The position numbers were made by a program, and so were the translations under genes. The notes beneath the pieces were generated by a model. It did no database searches. It saw nothing but the letters and a program-made list of their open reading frames with translations, and was not told where the DNA came from. Below, one piece after another: positions 60,401 to 64,000 of a DNA stretch of 64,000 nucleotides. Position 1 is the first letter of the stretch, and each line of letters starts with the position of its first letter. The DNA lies in the IMG/VR virus record IMGVR_UViG_3300044625_001067, positions 124,001-188,000 of that record. The stretch is one strand, 5' to 3'.

Positions 60401-61077
60401 TTGGCTTCATCGCTTTCTACGGCCCATACGTGGAGAACTCGGCAGGACAATTTGTCTCCCCCTCACCGTATGTGACCGGTATCGCAGCTCGCCGTTACCG
60501 CTCTGAAGGATTCCAGTTCCCACCTGCAGGTACCAAGTACCAACTCGCAGACGCTGCTGGCGTTCAAATTTCTGTGAACTCGGCTCAGCAAAACTTGCTC
60601 AACCCTGACGGCTGCAATGTTCTTCGTTCCTTGCCAGGGTACCCCAACACTGCGGTGTTTGTCTGGGGTGGCCGCACTCGAATCAAAAAGGCAGTTGCGG
60701 ATCAGCGTAAGTTCCAATTTGTGAACACTCGTGTGATTCAGAATGTTGTTTACGGTTCTCTTCGCAATGCTTTCGACAACCAGATCTTCTCGGTTGTTGA
60801 CGGGTTTGGTATTGTGTTCAACCAAATTGTTTCTATTGGGAACAGCGTTCTGAGCCAGCTTTACCTCTCCGGTGCACTCTTCGGTGCGAGACCCTCAGAC
60901 GCATTCCAAGTGATTTGTGACGAGCGCATTAACAGCGGAGACAACCTCGAGAACGGTGTTGTGTTTGTGAAGGTGTTTGACACCCCCGTACCAACACTGG
61001 AAAGAATCGAGGTTGATCTTATTCGCGTCTCTGTTGGCCAAATGAACAGAGAACTTGATTCTCAGGGCCTAGGTTGA
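57424..61077 (+). CDS. contractile tail sheath protein (unusually large)
   Basis: APGTYINE N-terminus; C-terminal PS..V.GI...GFQFPPAG, N.L..G.NV, VWGGRT, FVNTRVI, FQVICDERIN. Start moved to ATG 57424. Confidence 0.9.
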   Translation: MATFSFGTGIVPGAPGTYINERVGNVASAGIASFNTTYMLVETEEDVTVARFPFNTPVPVSSLTDYKALVGKVPEARIPLLSYNCVNAFFLNAQVGDLRVVRVGTPNQIVEIEILPSGSKISSTGLPSTLKAGDVVYAQLILNGLKLVAGDGSNGYTSEGEWLGVPTVIPVDYISGDKVNNRKISAAISSSIAAAIQSNPSVSSAIFVRDSGLANDLLPSSNSESGYVTIAAATYDGSVSVVTEQLPVGAQKVLMQTAYSIQNVVGLQNNLERVPQDYVQCINTAFDGQANQGYLVTPTAYAQFDAEGRSLVGAAAAAHCQDNNFMWMAAADPGSFLVTDVNKYKEYTPHQPAEDLVTDNLYLVDNAIYQWKGEEVTYDRLKHQTLVPGYDPKVAVQSSVEGVAEGETVGLLDLAKFTVTSSASLANRGVFALGSSTVWPVDYQIQRVTLSGLGADFLPLLPLGETSTEVYFVAPPLSSAQYGTYPSDGQVQYVYIAQTSTQAVSILAEVTALGGTSAALNAPLTPSGAFSVASPTSSTAQATYTTPQWDLPATIEGQTSNLIHNLTGAPAFVNTLHLPGSLQNTTDDYRLSFVSRSLFNPSTVLSSSTVPGYTGAASFGVTSHKLVNGQKLFFTKPILAGAATLFKATVRNNLQAYYVKVIDPDKFVLATSSSNYLAGSYVPYPVGMVSISTSPTILYTSVLGGGLTTVNLSELSVVPLVRGRKYGLASGTIADRAYDHNLLTANDDPTVSLYLNSSPLVIGSEHVYPYGETANAGWLPSLELVGPGETSTSVENFLCTPTVDQNFSSEAHIVPVIDPIFGGNFSASTTVVLGTLASVTPYVTACGLLVDSTGVEIQAALSKLSGVYFNVTVAPANSVAPDGVTRVVVGDRLAVTFDGSSYSWVVVPANTLGGDLSTVSTVCYGSQVEFALTPEQTPSANLWRFETITSTEIIDEALRGVGFAGEPQAVFIEAGVDNVNRLFEDSQRYFNAFGFIAFYGPYVENSAGQFVSPSPYVTGIAARRYRSEGFQFPPAGTKYQLADAAGVQISVNSAQQNLLNPDGCNVLRSLPGYPNTAVFVWGGRTRIKKAVADQRKFQFVNTRVIQNVVYGSLRNAFDNQIFSVVDGFGIVFNQIVSIGNSVLSQLYLSGALFGARPSDAFQVICDERINSGDNLENGVVFVKVFDTPVPTLERIEVDLIRVSVGQMNRELDSQGLG

Positions 61078-61079
61078 AA

Positions 61080-61361
61080 ATGAGTGAGTTAACAGACAAG
61101 GAAGTAAATCTACAGATTCCTGACTCACTCTTCCTTTCACTTACAAGAAAAGCAAAACAGCAGGGTGTCTCAATTGAGGCACTCTGTGTTTCTCTACTTG
61201 AAGGAGAGCAAGTTTTCGTAGAGCCGTCCCTATACCCCTCAATGGGTAATGGGGACTTACGAGCGGAAATTCAAAAGCTTATGCAAAGCTCTCTACCGAA
61301 AGACGAGGTAAATAAGCGAGTGCGGAAGTTAGAAGCACAACTCTTAAGGCTAATACGATGA
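61080..61361 (+). CDS. CopG/RHH-like protein
   Basis: VNLQIPDSLFLSLTRKAKQQGVSIEALC. Confidence 0.65.
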   Translation: MSELTDKEVNLQIPDSLFLSLTRKAKQQGVSIEALCVSLLEGEQVFVEPSLYPSMGNGDLRAEIQKLMQSSLPKDEVNKRVRKLEAQLLRLIR

Positions 61362-61735
61362 CGGTACCACAAACTTTATCGCCGTCAGTGCGAGGCTTGT
61401 CTTACCCGTTGAGGGTGTTGAACGGAAACTTAGCCACAAGTACGGACTATGACTTGAAGACGCAGGAAATTCGAAGTGTCGTTGAAACGAGGTTCTTTGA
61501 GCGAGTAATGAGGGCGGACTACGGCGTCGGAGACCACACCCTCGACATAATCGACCCCGGACAAATTAACTCAGAGTTTCAAAATTCGATACAAACCCAT
61601 GTGTCCGGGTTGTCGTCCCTCGTCGTGAAAGGGGACTGGATCACCTCGGGAGAGGACGGAATATACAAAGTGTACATAATTTACCAAGTCAACGGAATTC
61701 CTCAACCGCCGCTCGAATTCTCCCTCGGAAACTAA
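61358..61735 (+). CDS. baseplate wedge protein gp25/gpW-like
   Basis: GLSYPLRV..G...QEIRSVVET...ERVMRADYG. Confidence 0.82.
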   Translation: MTVPQTLSPSVRGLSYPLRVLNGNLATSTDYDLKTQEIRSVVETRFFERVMRADYGVGDHTLDIIDPGQINSEFQNSIQTHVSGLSSLVVKGDWITSGEDGIYKVYIIYQVNGIPQPPLEFSLGN

Positions 61736-61795
61736 GCGGGTAAAACCTACACAGGAAATAAATGCCGAAACCAAAACGTGTGAAAAGAGGTAACT

Positions 61796-63307
61796 TTGGC
61801 AAATAGGTTTAAGACTGCCCCGGTACCAAAGGGAGAGATTTCAAGTTATACGAGCGACCCCTATAACTTATCCAGTATTTACATGTTTGGGAGCTCTTCT
61901 CCCTTTACTGGATCCGGAAATAGCATCGTTCGACCAAGTGACGACCTTCTCATCCAGAAGGGAGGGAACCGTGCGCTTTCCGTCTATCAGCGGCTTTTCT
62001 TTGACGAGCACGTACAAAGTTCGTTCTCAAAGTTAGTTCAAGAGGTTGTATCGAGACCGTGGTACGTTGAGGAATACAGCTCAAAGCCTGGCGATACTGC
62101 AGTAAGGGACTTCGTAGCAGAAATCCTCGAAGAACTACCCTTAGATGAGATATATAAGGGACTTGCTGAAGCTCTTATCGTGGGGTTTAGTGTTGGCGAA
62201 ATAATGTGGAAGAAATCAAAACGCGGGGTAATACCCTTTGACATTAGAATTAGAGACCAGCGCCGATTTGTTTTCCAAGAAGCGGAAGACTCACAAACAG
62301 GCTTCACAATGAGGTGCTTAACCTTCAATCGTATGTTTGAGGGGGTTGAGCTCCCTGCTCGAAAATTCGTCGTAAATCGCTACTGGACTCAGCACAACGG
62401 GGACCCATACGGAACTTCGCTAGGGCGAGTTCTTTACCCCCTGGTGAAATTCCGGAGAAGAGCCCTTGAGTCCTACGTTCTCTATGGGGACCGGTATGCG
62501 ACACCCACAGCTGTTGCGACCGCACCCCTAAGCGCGTCTTCTGCTGAAATTGACACGATCTATGATCATATCTCAAACTTATCTCAGGAAACTGCGCTTA
62601 TTTTGCCGGAAGGGTACAAGCTTGAGTTTGTTAACCCGAGCGGAACTCCGGATGTGTTTAAGGGACTGATTGACTATATCGACAAGGAAATTAGCCTCAT
62701 ACTTTGCGGGGAAAACGAGGCTGGGCAAGCTGAGTCTGGATCCAGAGCTTCTTCGCAGGTTGCAAACGTTGTTCGAGTTGTGAAGGCAGCGGAAATTTCC
62801 GAAGCGATCTCTCACACTCTGACTCGCACTCTGGTACGATGGATTGTAGACCTTAACTTCGGTGTAGACGTTGCAGCGCCAACCCTCACAAGGGAGTTTC
62901 GAATTGAGGAGTCTTCCCTCACTGCCACCGACCTGGGTTCCCTTATCGACAAGGGGTACAAACCGCGTAGGGAGTGGGTTGAGAGGCATTTTCGTATTGA
63001 GCTTGAAGACGAAGCTCCTGAGTTCATGACGAAAGAGGAAGAAGGGAATACCACCTATAGCCCTGACGAGGACGAGGACCTTTACGGATCTATTTTTGGT
63101 GCTGACGGGGAGTACCCCGAAGGAAGTCTGGAGGACGAGCCGGAGGGTGGCGACGAGCCAAAGCCGGAGGAAGAACCATCTGGTGAGCAAACCACGTACA
63201 ACCCTGAAGAAGACGGAAACCTTTACGACTCAGTGTTCGGGAATGACTTAGAACCCGCTGAAGAAGGCGAAAAGAAGGGTAAAAACGTGTATGAGTACAA
63301 CGAGTAG
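61796..63307 (+). CDS. portal protein, DUF935 (Mu gp29-like)
   Basis: D.HV.S...V.SRPW, ALIVGFSVGEIMW, NPYG.SLGR..Y, YGDRYATP, ISLILCG; acidic C-terminal tail. Confidence 0.88.
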   Translation: MANRFKTAPVPKGEISSYTSDPYNLSSIYMFGSSSPFTGSGNSIVRPSDDLLIQKGGNRALSVYQRLFFDEHVQSSFSKLVQEVVSRPWYVEEYSSKPGDTAVRDFVAEILEELPLDEIYKGLAEALIVGFSVGEIMWKKSKRGVIPFDIRIRDQRRFVFQEAEDSQTGFTMRCLTFNRMFEGVELPARKFVVNRYWTQHNGDPYGTSLGRVLYPLVKFRRRALESYVLYGDRYATPTAVATAPLSASSAEIDTIYDHISNLSQETALILPEGYKLEFVNPSGTPDVFKGLIDYIDKEISLILCGENEAGQAESGSRASSQVANVVRVVKAAEISEAISHTLTRTLVRWIVDLNFGVDVAAPTLTREFRIEESSLTATDLGSLIDKGYKPRREWVERHFRIELEDEAPEFMTKEEEGNTTYSPDEDEDLYGSIFGADGEYPEGSLEDEPEGGDEPKPEEEPSGEQTTYNPEEDGNLYDSVFGNDLEPAEEGEKKGKNVYEYNE

Positions 63308-63311
63308 CAAA

Positions 63312-64000
63312 GTGTTTTCAAAACGTGTTCATGTTTTTACGGCGGGACCCCAGGTTTCTGCCCAGGGCGTAGAAAGGGACTTCACACCCCAAGACCTTCA
63401 GCAAGTTGTTGATTCCTACGACCCCCAAACACATGAGGCACCCCTTGTTATTGGTCATACTGGGGACAACGACAGTGTTCCTTCTTTTGGGTGGGTCAAA
63501 AAGTTGGTCAGAAGCGGAGAGAAGCTATACGCAGACGTTGACTTCACTGACACTGCTAAAGATTTAGTGAAAAAAGGGCATTACCGCAAAGTCTCCATAT
63601 CCTTCTACTCTCCAAACTCTCCAATTAACCCGCATGAGGGACAGTGGAGCGTTCGGCACTTGGCACTTTTGGGAGCGTCGCCCCCTGCGGTTAAGGGCCT
63701 GGAGCCTTTCTCGTTCTCTGAGGAAGGTGACGGAGTGTTCAACTTCGCTTCAGCCCTCTCTCCCGAAGACATCTTTGACGATGAGCTCGGCCCCACACTT
63801 CTTGTTGAGCGAGGCCCGTTGGAAATCCTAAAGGAAAAGCTTGAGGAAATTCGTGGAGACATGAGTTCTTCTCTTCAAGAGCTACAAGAAAACCAAGACG
63901 ATCAGACTGAAACAGACGTCGATTCGACACAAACTACAAATTCGGCGGATGAAAGTACCGCCCCCGAAAACCCTAACCAGCAATTTTCCGAAATGAAAAA
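63312..64000 (+). CDS. Mu-like prohead protease (3'-truncated by window)
   Basis: Manual translation from GTG 63312: VHVFTAG...EAPLVIGH...SFGWV...YRKVSISFY...LALLGASPPAVKGL. Confidence 0.88.
   Translation, partial: MFSKRVHVFTAGPQVSAQGVERDFTPQDLQQVVDSYDPQTHEAPLVIGHTGDNDSVPSFGWVKKLVRSGEKLYADVDFTDTAKDLVKKGHYRKVSISFYSPNSPINPHEGQWSVRHLALLGASPPAVKGLEPFSFSEEGDGVFNFASALSPEDIFDDELGPTLLVERGPLEILKEKLEEIRGDMSSSLQELQENQDDQTETDVDSTQTTNSADESTAPENPNQQFSEMK

Noticed and set aside
1-64000. CRISPR array
   Set aside because: The promoter cassettes recur with unique sequence between them, but spacing is irregular (hundreds to thousands of bp) and they match promoter geometry. No regular repeat-spacer array or cas gene was seen.

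Overview
A 64-kb segment of a large contractile-tailed (myovirus-like) dsDNA phage. The host is probably a cyanobacterium: it carries a DUF1517 gene and a Pol gamma-like polymerase, and its tRNAs lack an encoded CCA. From 1 to ~19.5 kb everything is on the minus strand: small hypothetical genes and a dispersed array of 36 tRNA genes covering all 20 amino acids, many non-canonical. Interspersed are four tRNA-scaffolded RNAs with grossly expanded D, anticodon or variable arms, plus several other structured ncRNA candidates. From ~19.6 kb everything is on the plus strand. This part holds a predicted DNA hypermodification locus (two tandem TET/JBP-type dioxygenases, a TET-associated glycosyltransferase and a three-gene nucleotide-sugar cassette), about 45 small accessory genes, GyrA/ParC and a Pol gamma-like family A polymerase. 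It ends with Mu-like morphogenesis genes: tail chaperone with a -1 frameshift, a very large sheath, gp25, a DUF935 portal and the prohead protease. About 25 copies of a promoter cassette precede the accessory and tRNA units: one or two 14-bp GGCGG-N4-CCGCC dyads 22 bp apart, then -35, a self-complementary 17-bp spacer and -10. A different motif, GGGTAAA, precedes the structural genes. All calls come from reading the sequence by eye; no searches were run.
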